Positions 12,501 to 25,705 of a stretch of 64,000 nt of DNA are shown here, piece after piece. Under the pieces are notes generated by a model that worked only from the letters and a program-made list of their open reading frames with translations, had not been told where the DNA came from and searched no databases. Each line of letters starts with the position of its first letter. The first letter of the stretch is position 1. The position numbers and the translations under genes were made by a program. This stretch comes from Felis catus (taxonomy: Eukaryota), in the NCBI RefSeq assembly GCF_018350175.1, contig NC_058368.1, positions 133,612,001 to 133,676,000 of the forward strand. The letters run 5' to 3'.

Positions 12501-15481
12501 ACTTAAAAACTCAGGTTCAGGAAAATACTTATTCTCCACCATGGTACTTGCACTTTGAGACAATAAAATATGCTGTGCTGGTTTTTCTGTGGTTGTGGTT
12601 ACACAAGAAGAGAGGCTGACGTTTGGACAACTGTTGCTCGTGGCTCTAAGTCATGGGATAGATACCCTTGTTCCTTCAGGAGTGCTTGAGCAGATAAATA
12701 CTCCTCTGGGATTAAGTGTTAAGGAGTTAAAGACAAAAGTCTTACAATGTTTCCTTAAATATCTGTTTCAGCTGCATAAGATTAGCACATTTTTCTTGGC
12801 AAAGACCACCTTTTCCTTTCCTTGCTGGAATATTTTTTTTTTTCTTCAGTGGCCTTTAGTGTTTTTCTTCCCAAACACTTCCTCTGAGGCTTCTATGTTT
12901 CTGTCATCTGCCCTCATTCTTTTCCCCGGGCACTTCCCTCCCACTGGTTCCCATCCTCTGACTTAAATAAAATAAAATAAAGACAAACAAACAAAACACA
13001 CACGCGTGCGCGCACACACACACAAACTTGTTCATTGATTGTTTAGCATGTTTCCTTCCTATTTTGGATTCCCGTGGGTGTCTGGGACAATTAGAGTGGA
13101 AATGCCCTGGCAGCATGGGAAAGTCAGTGTGTCCCTGTGGATAGACGTGGCTCTTATAATGCAGGCAGGACATGTGACTGATGGGGTAACAAGAAACAGT
13201 GCCTGAGTCTGGTGCACTGAAAGCAGGCTAGGAAGCCATCTGCTTCTGTTCTCTAGTCACTGCTCAGTATTTTCAAAGAGGTTAGTTAGCTCAGGATCTG
13301 CCTTACACTTACATCCCTGGAGGTATGAATTGTATGCTTTTGCTTTAAGTGAGGACATTGGTGGTCTCCCCAAAGCCTGGAACTCCAGGGTCTAAGCTTT
13401 AGGGCTGTATTTATTCACACATGGAGAAAGTGCTCAAAATCCTCAATCAGTGACATCAAGTTTATAACTAGGAGTGAGCTGCTCTAGAAACCAGCGCTTG
13501 ACCGGGGCCCTCTCTGTACCTTCAGTGGCCCATATTTATTGTTTACTCATGCCAGGCCTGTGCTGAATACGTTCGCTCTGTTACTTTATCTCACACCCTA
13601 TGGACGCAGCTCTTGTCCCCATCTTACAGATGCAGACACGTGTGGGTCTTCAGACCTTTTTCAGTGTGACAGAGTGCCTTTCACATATGCTGTGTGCACC
13701 TCAGAGAGCAGCATGGAACTACTAGTAAAGAATCCAAAATGCATTTTTTTTTTTTACGTTCTCCAGATAAAAGTAGGTTTTGGTTAACAGAGTGGAAGAG
13801 GGAATGGCAGCGACGTGACCTGAACTTGAGGATCGTTACATTTGTACCTGTTTAAAAGTTCATGTCTCCTAAGCATCCAGAGCCTTATTAATGAGAGCGA
13901 GTGACAAGATGACCTTTTATTCATATCCCCACTCAAGGACCCACAGCGAGTGTGCTTGTGGTAAAAGACACTGTTGTCACTGTGTTATGGGTTAGCAGTG
14001 TTAGATCAGGTGTTCGGTACCGTAATTATGATCCACATGTGTATGTAGGCCCTTAATCTGTTTGACATATGAATGTTTGAGATAAGCAACTGCCAGGTGA
14101 GAGAGAGGTCAGTTACACACCATCCTACCTCAGTCTGCAAAACCAGGCTGCTTTGTCCTTCCTGGGCCCTTGGCCATCCTCTCCACACCTGCTAGAACAG
14201 ATGAAATAAATCCAAACAGCTTCGAGGAGTCTAGTACATCCTCCTGCTTAATTTAAACCCCAATCAAGTGTAATTATCAGAGCCGTATTACTTGCTGGCA
14301 ATAATTTGCTTTGGGTACAACTCAGAGCTATGTTGAAAATTTTATTTTGCCTTCAGAAAATTGGTTTACCTTAAAAATTTCCCCCCAGATTTCCCCGTGG
14401 GAAGCTGGTTCTCTTAATTTAGGTATCTTGTAATTTTTCTCATAAAAAAATGTGTGGCATGTGATATCATTAGGTTTTTTTTTCTAAATTGAAGAGACTT
14501 AAGTGGGTTGACATATGTGCTGCAATATAATTGTGCTGTGTTTTTGGAGCTCAAGACAGTAATTACATCCATAAACTTATTGTCTATGGTAAAATATGTT
14601 AACTGGTCGTTGACATAAAATTCATTAATTCGAATCAATATATAATGTTCTGAAAAGCTCTAACAAAGGATCATTGACTGATGGGTAGAATACAGTCAGA
14701 GACCCAAACATTTCTCTATGAACTGCTGTAAACATAAACATTTCTAAATAGCAAGTCAATATTGGGATTCCCGAAACACACATATCATGAAGCCTACAAG
14801 AGATTTGAACTATGACATGAGCCCATGAACTGAATTTGCTTGTTTTTAAACAGGTTGCCTGTATATTTTTGATCTGTACAATATTGAGCTGACACTCTGA
14901 GAGGATCTCAGAATTTCAAACCTCCTGCCTAGTCACAAGTGTGGATGCTGAGGTCCAGCAGGGCTGAGTGACCAAGGGCCCACTTCTGTGCTTGTAGGAG
15001 ACTGACCCTCAGGTCTGCATTTCCCACTGGACCTCAGAGTGCCAAAGCTCCCTCTTCATAGCATCTTAGATTCAGTACAGACTGACTTTTGTCCTTTCCT
15101 AATGTTCACTAACTTTAAAAGGCAAAAACTTTAAAAGTGTACTTGGGCTGGGAAATGATGTTGAACTTCCTTAGGAATCCAATCCCAGGATTTTTCTTTT
15201 GACTGGAGACTGCAGACCTAAGAAAATCATGTTAATGTAAAACCTTGACAAAAGCACAGTGCCCATCATTAGATACATGGTGCTTTACGGATAATACCTA
15301 ATTTATCCCTTCAGTATTTCTGGGAAGCAAGAGCCAGAAGAGAGAGAAGGAGCACATGGCTTCTCAGCTCAAATAGTTGGCCTCTATTCCCTTTAAACAA
15401 CCGGGCATTCCCATAGTGCTTCAGTGCTAATGCATGTACCATATTCGGTTCAGTAATGGCAATTTTTTTATGGGTAGTAGT

Positions 15482-15906
15482 CTTTTTTCTTTTTTAATTC
15501 CAGTACAGTTAACATGGAGTGTTACATTAGTTTAGGTGTTCAGTATAGTGATTCAGCAGTTCTATACATTCCTTATTGCTCATCAGAATAAGTGTACTCT
15601 TTGTTGATTTCCTTTCCCTGTTTCACCCATCCCCCGCTCCCCCCTACTCATGTCCCCTCTAGTAACCATCAGTTTGTCCTTTATAGTTAAGAGTCTGTTT
15701 TTTGGTTTGTCTCCTTTTTCTCTGTTCTTTTGTTTTGTGTTTTAAATCCCACCTGTGCGTGAAATCATATGGTATTTGTCTTTCTCTGAGTGACATTTCA
15801 CTAAGCATTATGCTCTCTAGTTCTATCCATTTGTTGTAAATGGCAAGATTTTATTCTTTTTTATGGCAGAGTAATATTCCATTGTGTGTGTTCCATTGTG
15901 TGTATA

Positions 15907-15954
<48 letters not shown>

Positions 15955-16260
15955 TACATACCACATCTTTATCCATTCATCTATCACTGGACACTTGGGC
16001 TGCTTCCAGAATCTCATTATTGTAGATAATGTTGCCATAATCATAGGGGTACATATATCTTTTCACGTTAATGTTTTTCTTTGGGTAGTTACCCAATAGT
16101 GAAATTACTGGATCATATGGTAATTCTCTTTTTAATTTTTTGAGGAAACTCAATACTGTTGTCCACAGTGGCTGCACCGGTTTGTGTTCCCACCAGCAGT
16201 GCGCGAGGGAGTGTTGAGTTGCAGAAGTTCTTTATATATTCTGGATACCAACCTTTCATT
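15482..16260 (-). mobile_element. Carnivore L1 3' end containing (CA)n
   Basis: Minus-strand ORFs give L1 ORF2 C-terminal motifs (WKQPKCP, MEYYSAIKKN, ELPYDP). Confidence 0.88.
15909..15952. repeat. (CA)n microsatellite, ~22 units
   Basis: Direct reading. Confidence 0.97.
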
Positions 16261-16419
16261 GGGATATTACTTAGAAAGGGAGATTTTAATGGTGGAACAA
16301 CACATGCTGTTGAAGAGAGTGGACTGGGCGGAGAAAAGAGAAACGAAGCAGTCCCTGTGCTCGCTGGTGCTAACTTTGGATTATAGCTTCTCTTTGACCC
16401 CCAAGTCAGTTTGTACCTC

Positions 16420-16597
16420 TCCCCCTTCCTCCATCATCTCCCTCCCCCGCCTTCTTTGTCCCCACTCTGCCTTTCTCTCCACCCACTTCTCTTCTTTTTA
16501 CCTCCTCTCTCTTCTCCCTCCCTCCCACCATCCCTCTCTCCCTCTCCATTTTCCCTCCTTCTTCCTTTCTTCTCATCTCCCTCTACCCATCTCCTCT
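16420..16597. repeat. CT-rich low-complexity tract
   Basis: Near-pure pyrimidine + strand. Confidence 0.75.
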
Positions 16598-17049
16598 GCA
16601 GACTTGCATCACAGGGCTCCATGCCCATTGGTGTCAGGTTGGGGTAGGCCCAATGAACAGGAACTTGGAAGCAAGGAGGGAGACTGAAGAATATGATAGA
16701 AGTCATTCTCTGGCTCCCTTCCCGTGGCATTAGCCCAGGCTGGCTGAATGCTCTTCTGAAAAGTAAGGGCACTTGTCAGTGACCCTCTATACCCAGCTCT
16801 GTCTTACACATTCTAGAAGCAGCTCTGTTCCTTTGCCTGTTCTGGCCCAGTGGTGATGAAGCAGCGCTACTGCTTTTACTTATTTGTAAGTAATTCCACT
16901 GTAAGTTTTTTCTTCACACCACCCAGTCTGAGTTCTGCATTCCGTTTGCTGCAGGAAGCCTGGCTGAAACATTGGGTATGAACCAACGGGTATACTTGCG
17001 CATCATGTGTGTAAATGTGCTTCATTTATTGGTACGATAATTATTTATC

Positions 17050-18420
17050 TAGCCTCCACCCAGTGCCAGGCAGAGAATACATGAGTCCAAACTCCTGGCC
17101 TTGTGGAGCTTATAGGAAATAAAAGATGAGCACATACATGTACAACATAATGTCACAGCGTAGTGATTGTTAGGAAGTAAAGGAGGAGAAGGAGAAAGGG
17201 AGTGTTGATAGGGGGCTGTCTTAGGGGAGGGGACTGTGAGCTTTCCTGAATGCAGTGAATGGGCATGCTTTGCACACATACTCCTAGGAATGTTTTTTAG
17301 TGAAGAATCACAGGGAACCTGAGTTGAGAATCTGCTTGAAGAGCTCTAGAAACAGCACAGAGACTAGTGTGACCGGAGTGGAGTGAGAGATGCAGTAGGT
17401 TGGGGAGCATAGGATCCAAACAAGTCCTAGCACTGGGCTCGTCAGGGCTTTGGAGGCCCTGGAAGGACTTGGTTGAGTAGAAGGGAAATATACTGGAGAG
17501 TTTGGAGGAAGGGAATATTGCATATGTTTTACAGGGTGGTTTTGTCTCCCTCTGGGAGAGTAGACTTCTAGAGACAGCAAAAGTAGCAGAAGGAATGTGA
17601 GATATTGGCGGAGTCTGGATGACTCGGATGGTGGTATGCATTGAATTGTGTCTGCCCCCAAATAGGTTGAAGTCCTAACCGTGTATTTCAGAATGTGATG
17701 TTATTTGGAGATAGGGTCTTTACAGAGGTATTCAAGTTAAATGGAAGATGTTAGGGTGATCCCTAATCCAGTGTAACTGGTGTCCTTATAATAAGGGGAA
17801 ACTTGGAGACAGAGGCAGACCTGCCTGAAGAAAAGATAGTGTTAAAAGACACAGGGAGAGGAGGGCCATCTAGAGGCCAAAGAGACAGGCTTGGACAGAT
17901 CCTTCCCTCACAGCACTCAGAAGGAAACACCCTGATTGACCTCTTGATCTTAGACTTCTGGCCTCCAGAACTATGAGAAAGTGTTGTTTAAGCTACCCAG
18001 TGTATGGTATTTTCTTGTGGCAGCCCTCGCAAACAATACAGGTAAGTGGCTTGGATGAGGTAGATAATGGTAAAAGTAAGAAAGGTTGAGTTTGAAATGT
18101 ATTATGCAGTTAAAACGGATAGGATTTGCTGACAGATTAAATATGGGTGAGTGTGTGTGTGTGGGGGGGGGGGGGAGGGTTGGTCTCTGGCCCAGGAGAT
18201 CTGAGAGTAAGAATGAGGCAGTAAGGTTGACCCGAGGTTGTTGGTTAGAGCAGTTGGGCAAATGTTGGAGGTGAGGAAGGCTGCAGATGAGGTGCACTGA
18301 GGAGGACAGATTTTGGGGACAGAGGTCAAGAATTGGTCATGGACTCGTCAAGTGTGCAATCCCTGCTTGATGTCTCAGAGTAGCAGTTGGGGTTCACGGG
18401 GAGATGTTAAGGCAGAGTCA
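17050..18420 (-). mobile_element. Degraded L2-like fragments split by an LTR
   Basis: Purine-rich L2-like motifs (gactagtgtgaccggagtggagtgag, ggatttgctgacagattaaatatggg). Confidence 0.5.
17632..18040 (+). mobile_element. MaLR solo LTR (MLT1A/B-like)
   Basis: TG...CA ends; tgaattgtgtc, gttgaagtcctaacc, gacttctggcctccagaactatgagaaa, gcagccctcgcaaacaataca. Confidence 0.85.
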
Positions 18421-18607
18421 TAAACACCAGTTTAGGGTCACCACCCACTCTGCCTCCAAATAACCATCACAGCAGCACCTGGGCTGCTCACTGCCACCAC
18501 AGGTTTTGTGGACACCCCTGGTGGCACACAGATGACTGCTGTCAGTACGCAGATATTTTTATGTTGTATTTAATATATTTATCTTAATATACATTAGAAA
18601 AAATGAT

Positions 18608-18812
18608 GGGGCACCTGGGTGGCTCAGTCACTCAAGCATCCTACTTTGGCTCAGGTCATGATCTCACTATTCACAAGTTCGAGCCCCGTGTCAGACTCTG
18701 TGCTGACAGCTTGGAGCCCGGAGCCTGCTTTGGATTCTGTGTCTCCGTCTCTCTCTGCCCCTCCCCGCCTTGCACTCTGTCTCTCTCTCTCAAAAATGAT
18801 TAAACGTTGAAC
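18608..18812 (+). mobile_element. SINEC
   Basis: ggggcacctgggtggctcag head. Confidence 0.93.
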
Positions 18813-18824
18813 GTTGAAGAACAC

Positions 18825-19001
18825 TTTTTTTTTTTGAGAGATGAGGAGGGGCAGAGAGACAGAGAGACACAGAATCCAAAGCAGGCTCCAGGCTCCTAGC
18901 TGTCAGCTCAAAGCCCGACGCGGGACTCGAACTCACGAGCTGTGAAATCATGACCTGAGCTGAAGTCAGACATTCAACTGACTGAGCCACCCAGGCACCC
19001 C
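18825..19001 (-). mobile_element. SINEC, tail-to-tail with the preceding copy
   Basis: Poly(T) start, ends ccaggcacccc. Confidence 0.93.
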
Positions 19002-19329
19002 TGAAAAGAAATTCTTAAGAAAAAAAGTAACTAGCGGTATAAAGCCAAAATTTCAAGATAGTATGACTTAGACCATTGTCAAAAATGGAAATATTTCATT
19101 TTTTTTTAATGGAGCCATCTTTCAAAGTAATTAAAAGAGTAGCATGTACAGTAGATGTAATAGACATCGTGCATGGGAAAAATTACTAAGTGAATGATTG
19201 GAGTTTGGGACACAACCTAAAGTGCTGGGGTCTAAAGATTCCCATCTCATCGCCATCTGAGTACCAAGTCCTTGGTGTGGTTTTGACCATACATCAAACC
19301 ATCTGATTTGGTAGCTAGGGACCAGCATT

Positions 19330-19458
19330 TGTTTAAAAAGAAACTACACTAGATAAGAAAATAGAGTGCCTTGCTGGCAGTGTTGTCATGGACTGTTGCG
19401 TGACATGAAATGTATTTCTCACTGAGCATCGCAGTGGAAAAAGTCAGAAAGCCCCTGT
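19330..19458. mobile_element. Possible hAT-Charlie DNA transposon end
   Basis: tgaaatgtatttctcactg...aaaaagtcagaaagcccctg resembles a Charlie/MER terminus; from memory only. Confidence 0.35.
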
Positions 19459-22400
19459 GTGAGGGTTTGCTTTCACAGGTGGGAGTATCCCTTCCTTTAC
19501 CCCATTTTGGCTCACCTGCTCTTGACAAGATTACTCCCCATCTTCACAAGGCAATTAATTAAGGAGGTTTTCATAAATTATAGTGGGATTAGTTCTATGT
19601 GTTTCAGAATCCTACCATGTCGTAATCAAAAATGTGTTTTCGCTTCCAAATGGTACATTTCTTGCATTACATGTTCATTTGGGTTTTTGATCCTTATTTT
19701 GATATGCTTATAATTGTTAAATGTCCTGAGCTTGTGAATTCTTTCACTCCATTTGTTCTTGGGGAGTTTCTTGACTTTGCATGGGCTGGATTACTTTGTA
19801 GACATGCAGGGGCTCCTTCGCCAGCACCTGTTGGCTGTAACTTCACTGTATTTTGGTGGACTGTTTAGTGAGCGCTTCAGATGGGAGTGAAATCTATTCA
19901 TCACAGACAAAAGGATGTGTCCGAGTTCAGTGAAAAAGTTTATTAGCTGAACATGCACGTGATTCTTTCCAAAATGAAAATTGTTTTGGACGGACTTGTA
20001 AGAAGTCGTCTGGGAGCCCTTCACACAATTATGTCTATTGTGTTTGTTTTCTTATATTAAAATATCTAGTCTAGAAATGGCCCATGGTACATTCTTGTTT
20101 TTACAATAATGGGGCTAATGCCAAAATTACAGATATGCTTGGTTTAAAGTTTTTCTTGTGGCTCTAATTTTGAGATACAGGATCTTATACCTGGCTTAAA
20201 GAACTAGTGATTTTAGTCATCTGATGTCAGGTACTAAATTCACTGGGCACCTATTATTTCATGCCTGATAAATTGTTTTCCACAGAGCATTCTTGTAAGT
20301 GTGTTTGTGTGATGCAAATTAGGCTAAAGTACTATGCCATCAGATCTGTAATGTTCAGGGAACAATAATTTCTTTAAAAAGTATGATCTGCAGTGTTAAG
20401 GGATGTTTATAATTTCTAAAATGACTTACTTAACAGGAGAAGCCTTGATGAAAGCATTTAGCATGGAGATGAAATGTGTCTCATTAAGTTTCCAGATTAT
20501 GCACATGTCAACACTTCCTTTGTCATTTTTTAATAGTTTATTTACATAACCGTGGGCTGCTACTTTTATTAGTGGTGGTTATCACAGCAAAAGGATTTTG
20601 GTTAAGTTGACCTAAGCAGTATAATGTTTCCACAAAACTGATGGTGAGGTTTCTACCCCTCCTTCTCCCGCCCCCTTCCCTTGCAGTAAAGAACCCCTAT
20701 TTACATATGTAAATTAAGCTGCTCGGCGGAGAGCCCTGTGGGCCACCCAGGTCCAATCTGTTATTTTGCTGATGTTGATGGAATTAGCCAGGAGGTAAAT
20801 GCTACCCGGAGACTGATGTCTCAGTCTGGAATGACAGATAACAGAGTGTGAAGGCCGTCATTTAGGAGGAAAAATGACTTGTTGGGACTCAAAGTTTGGA
20901 AAAAGAAAAGTCACAAATTTTGTCTTTAATGTTGGCCTGAATGATAGAATTCACTGTTTTCCTTGAACATGGAAAACTATACTTAGAATTTTTTTTAATA
21001 TATATATAGGATGTTGGTTTCCTGTATTACTGTTAATAAGAGCCCTGTTTACTTTTTTTAAAATGTCAAGTATTTCATAATTGACTTTATATAACTGCCT
21101 GTACTCAAAGACGTGTTGTTTGTATTTCCCCTGGATGTGTCAGGGAATCTGGCCCGTAACAAGACTGGAAAATGGGAAAGAACAAGCTTTTAAATTAAGG
21201 TCTCCATAAAGTGAAGAAACAGGCATGTCTAGCTTCTAATGAATTACATTCTTCTCAAAAGGTTTTATCCAAGACATGGCAATGCACATCTTTCCACAAG
21301 GCCTCAGTGTCATCAAACTAATTGCGGAATATTTGAGTAACTGACCACCACTACCTTCCCCCCCCCCAACCCCCGCCCCATGATAGAATACACTGTGACT
21401 CTTCTATTGCAAATTAAGATTAGTTTAAGATAGGAGTCACATGGAGAAAAACTTGGTGCGAGCTGGGCACATTTCCTTTATTTTCACTCCATATGCGATT
21501 CATTAAAATGACATCAATCCTCCAGGCTGTTCTTTGGTTTCTATTAAGATGTATTACTAGAATCTGTATAAATGTATTGATTATTTCATACACATATTTG
21601 TTCACTGCAAGCAGACTGTTGTCACAGATTCATTGCACTTGATGATAAATGAGATAAAATGGAAACCAGGTTTCGAAAACCCACCTATACCCTCCCCTTC
21701 CCCGCCCCCCCCTTGAAGGATGTGGTTACTCTCTTTAAACCCTTCCACAGGGGAGGGAGTTTAAGATTCAGATTCTAGTTTTAATATCAACATCTGCCCC
21801 CTGCTGAGTTCATGGTGCAATTAGCTAATTAAAAAAAAATAACATTTTCACCTTGCAGTCAAGAGAAGAGCAATAAACCACGGGCCTAGGATTTAGTTAA
21901 TTTGCACATTGACTGTAATTGTATATTTAACGCCAAGATTAATTTTTTTTCCTGATGAGTGGAAGCCTGGCACTGTGCATTGGAACTCTTAAATCAGTTG
22001 TCATCGTTCCTTAGGGAGGTTAATAAGGGCACATAGATCTCCAGATATATTAATGAGGATATTTATTTATTTTTATCTAATGACTTCTTTTAGGGAGAAA
22101 AACCATTACACTACTTTCTGATAAACCATTAAATTTAAAGGAGAATTTTCAAACCCAACTAAATAATCACGTGATTTAAAAAACTTAAAACTATCTCCCC
22201 TGTGAAACCGTTGATTCCTTATGGTGGGAAATCATATTCGGGTTTTGTTTGTTCGTTTGTTTTTGTTTTGCTAAATATTCAGTGGATTAATGAGCATCAT
22301 TTTTGTTGTTAAACCTTCGGTATATTTTCTAGGTCAGCTGAGATTCAAAACTATTTCCTTGGACTCCTTGAGAACAGGGTAGGGAAAGAATGCATGTTGG

Positions 22401-22875
22401 CAGGGCAGTGACTAGGAAAACCACAATCCTGACTTGCAGTGTGCTACTTAATGACATTTCCTTTCTGAAAGGTAAGCATTCTACTTTGGACACTGGAAAT
22501 AGTGATTGTTGGCATTTCAAGGGGCTATGATTGATCCATATGTTAAAAGTAATTGAGCTGTTACTCCTAGAAGAAAAAGAATTCATAAGTATTGTAATAT
22601 AGATACTGCCTTCTCACCTAAGTAGGTCTTCTACTGGGATCTGTCAATAGGTCGGAGACAATGCTAACATTCATATGAGGGGCGTTTTGCTCCCTTCCTA
22701 GTCCCTCAGTTGAAACCGGGGCTTTAAGCCCAGGGAGTCTTTGAGACCTTCTCTCTCTGTTGCTTTGATCTCATCATCACTTCAGTTGATGCTCACAGTG
22801 GATCGTGTTTGCTGCTTAAATTCCTGAAAGAATGGAGATGTGAAACTCTATACAGTTTATGTGGACCCCGATCCT

Positions 22876-22877
<2 letters not shown>

Positions 22878-22912
<35 letters not shown>
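22878..22912. repeat. Poly(T), ~35 nt
   Basis: Direct reading. Confidence 0.95.
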
Positions 22913-22913
<1 letters not shown>

Positions 22914-23428
22914 GTAAATGTGTTTGGCATAGAATAAGCAAGGGGGAAGTATTAAGTCTTCCTGTGAGATCCATGTGTCCTGTATATATACAGGGGCATT
23001 AATAGGACTGGACTAAGGAAAGACCACCCTTCTATATAGATTACATTATTAGCTTAATGCTCAATCTTGACTGGAGCCAATAAGATTTAATTGCACTCAG
23101 GGACAGAGATTTTGGTGACTGTCAGACGCCAGGCGTTCTGCCAGGATGATGCAGACAGGCCGCAGATTCTTCGTGGTTTTGAAGAAGACTGTGATTCCTG
23201 TGTCATTTTGGTGATACCCAAAGGGGTGGCAAGTCTCACTGTAAGAATGCTCCTTGAATGCCTTTTGTTATTCCAGGAAGATTGACTTCGTGCTCAGGGA
23301 AATCACATTCCAGTTTTCTTTGGTATCCTTGGAATATAATTAGAGACAGTAGCAGATAAGGGAAAAAAATGAAGATTTGGTGGGAAATGCCTGGATACTG
23401 GGCTGTGTTGATAACTTTATTACTCACA

Positions 23429-23482
<54 letters not shown>
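23429..23482. repeat. (TG)n(TA)n compound microsatellite
   Basis: Direct reading. Confidence 0.95.
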
Positions 23483-23485
<3 letters not shown>

Positions 23486-24169
23486 CTCATTTTAACAAAA
23501 GGACTTGAACATGGTAGATGCTTCCTTGGGGGAAAACGTGGTGTTGTTGCTATTGGATATCAGCTAAAAGAAACAAGTATAGTGCCGTTAAACGCTGTCC
23601 CTCTCCCTTTTCTGACCATTTGCCATCATCCCACACCCCACCTTCTCCCCTTCCCATCTCTTGTTCATGCCCCATCTTCCATTCACTGTCAGGAAGGGCA
23701 GCCTCCGAAGAGCCATTTCAACTCCGCCCGACATCGGCAGAGACTAGTGGACCCAGCTGCTTCAAAAGTGAGTGTGTCCCGTTGTCCCAGGCGGCGGGTA
23801 TGCATGGTGGTGTGGTTCCTCTGTGCAAAATGAGGCTGTGGGGTTTTACATATGCTGGTGTATTTGAAGCTCATAGAGAAAGCAAAGTCTGGTCTATGAA
23901 TTCAAGACCATCCGTACCAGCGGAGTTCTGGTTTTAACAACCAGCCCTGAAAACAAACAAAACCCTGATCCGTAGCAATTGCTGGTTTCTGTGGATACTC
24001 CTACCACAGCCAATTTCAAGTACTGCTGTGACAAAACTGACCTCAGAGATGGAAAGAGATGCCTGGTAGAGCATATGCACATAGTTTTTCTACCATAGAG
24101 ATGAAATTGACATAAGCCCTAGTAAAATATAACAAAATAATTAGGCAGTGAATCAGGTTTTAAAAAAAA

Positions 24170-24377
24170 TTTTTTTTAATGTATGTTTACTTTTGAGAGA
24201 GAGACACTGCAGGAGCGGAGGGTGGCGGGGTGGGGGAGGGGGTTGGCGGCAGAGAGAGAGGGAGACACAGAATCTGAGCTGTCAGCAAAGAGCCCAAGGC
24301 AGGGACTTGAACTCACTAACTGCAAGATCATGACCTGAGCTGAAGTCGGACGCATAACTAAGTCACCCAGGTGCCCC
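24170..24377 (-). mobile_element. SINEC
   Basis: Antisense body ending caggtgcccc. Confidence 0.9.
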
Positions 24378-24454
24378 AAAAGTGAGTAAGTTTTAAATAT
24401 CTATTACCTTTGTTGTCACTATAATGTATTTAATTATGAGTTTAGATATTTTTT

Positions 24455-24672
24455 AAAATAATTTTTTAATGTTTGTTTATTTTTGAGAGAGAGAGAGAGA
24501 GAGAGGGCACAAGCAGGGGAGGGACAGAGAGTGGGAGACACAGAATCTGAAGCAGGCTCCAGGCTCTGAGCTGTCAACACAGAGCCCAAGGCGAGGTTCA
24601 AAGTCACGAACTGCGAGATTATGACCTGAGCCGAAGTGGGACGCTTAACTGACTGAGCCACCCAGGTGCCCC
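24455..24672 (-). mobile_element. SINEC
   Basis: TSD agtttagatatt on both sides. Confidence 0.93.
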
Positions 24673-25230
24673 TCAGTTTAGATATTATTAATTCATAAAA
24701 ATGGCTGTGTTCAACAGCAGACGTGTACAACTCCTAAGGTATTGAGACTTGGTGAGGGTGGGCTCCAGGGTTACATTTCTGTGTTATATATTTTTTGAGA
24801 ATACTCTTAGGACAGTTTGGTCATGCTCCAGTCTTAGGTTCTCTTTAATAAATAGCAGTAGCCACAGAAGAGTGGCTGAGGTTTTGGGTAAAGCTTGCTA
24901 ATCCCACATAGCTCGAGTGTGCCTCCTGCACACAGACTTTCAGTAAGCAAACATGTACCAGCAAATGGGCACAAAGCATTCCTGTAGCCTGTCCTGTAAA
25001 CCTGTCCTGTCCTGGTGAAATCCCTGCTCTCTGGCCTCCAGCCAGATCTTTTCAGCAAATTCCACTCAAGGTCAGTGACCTAACAACTTTACAGAGGCAG
25101 GATTCTCTCGCCTTTGTAATGGGCATCTAACAACAGGGTCCCTTGACCCAGCTGGTGGATATAAGGCCATTGAGCCTTTGGTCCTCAGGTACCAGTCCTG
25201 AGAGTAGAAGTTCCAGACTTCCCTAGATTC

Positions 25231-25537
25231 TTTTTTTTTTTTTTTTTAAAGTTTACTTATTTTTTTTCAAATTTTTAAAAAAATGTTTTATTTATTTTTG
25301 AGACAGAGAGAGACAGAGCAATGAATGGGGGAGGGTCAGAGAGAGAGGGAGACACAGAATCTGAAGCAGGCTCCAGGCTCTGAGCTGTCAGCACAGAGCC
25401 CGATGCGGGGCTTGAACCCATGGACCATGAGATCATGACCTGAGCCGAAGTCGGATGCTTAACCGCCTGAGCCACCCAGGCGCCCCTAAAGTTTACTTAT
25501 TTTTGAGAGACAGGGAGCACACAGGGAAGGGGCAGAT

Positions 25538-25580
<43 letters not shown>

Positions 25581-25705
25581 ATCCCAAGCAGGCTCTGCAC
25601 TGTCAGCGTGGAGCCTGACACGGGACTTGAACTTCGCAAACTGTGAGAGTATGACCTGAGCTGAAATCACGAGTCAGATGCTTAACTGAGCCACTCAGGT
25701 GCCCC
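25231..25705 (-). mobile_element. Nested SINEC pair: younger copy (~25265-25486) inside the tail of an older copy
   Basis: Inner TSD taaagtttacttattttt at 25247-25264 and 25487-25504; outer TSD cttccctag(a/g)ttct. Confidence 0.93.
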
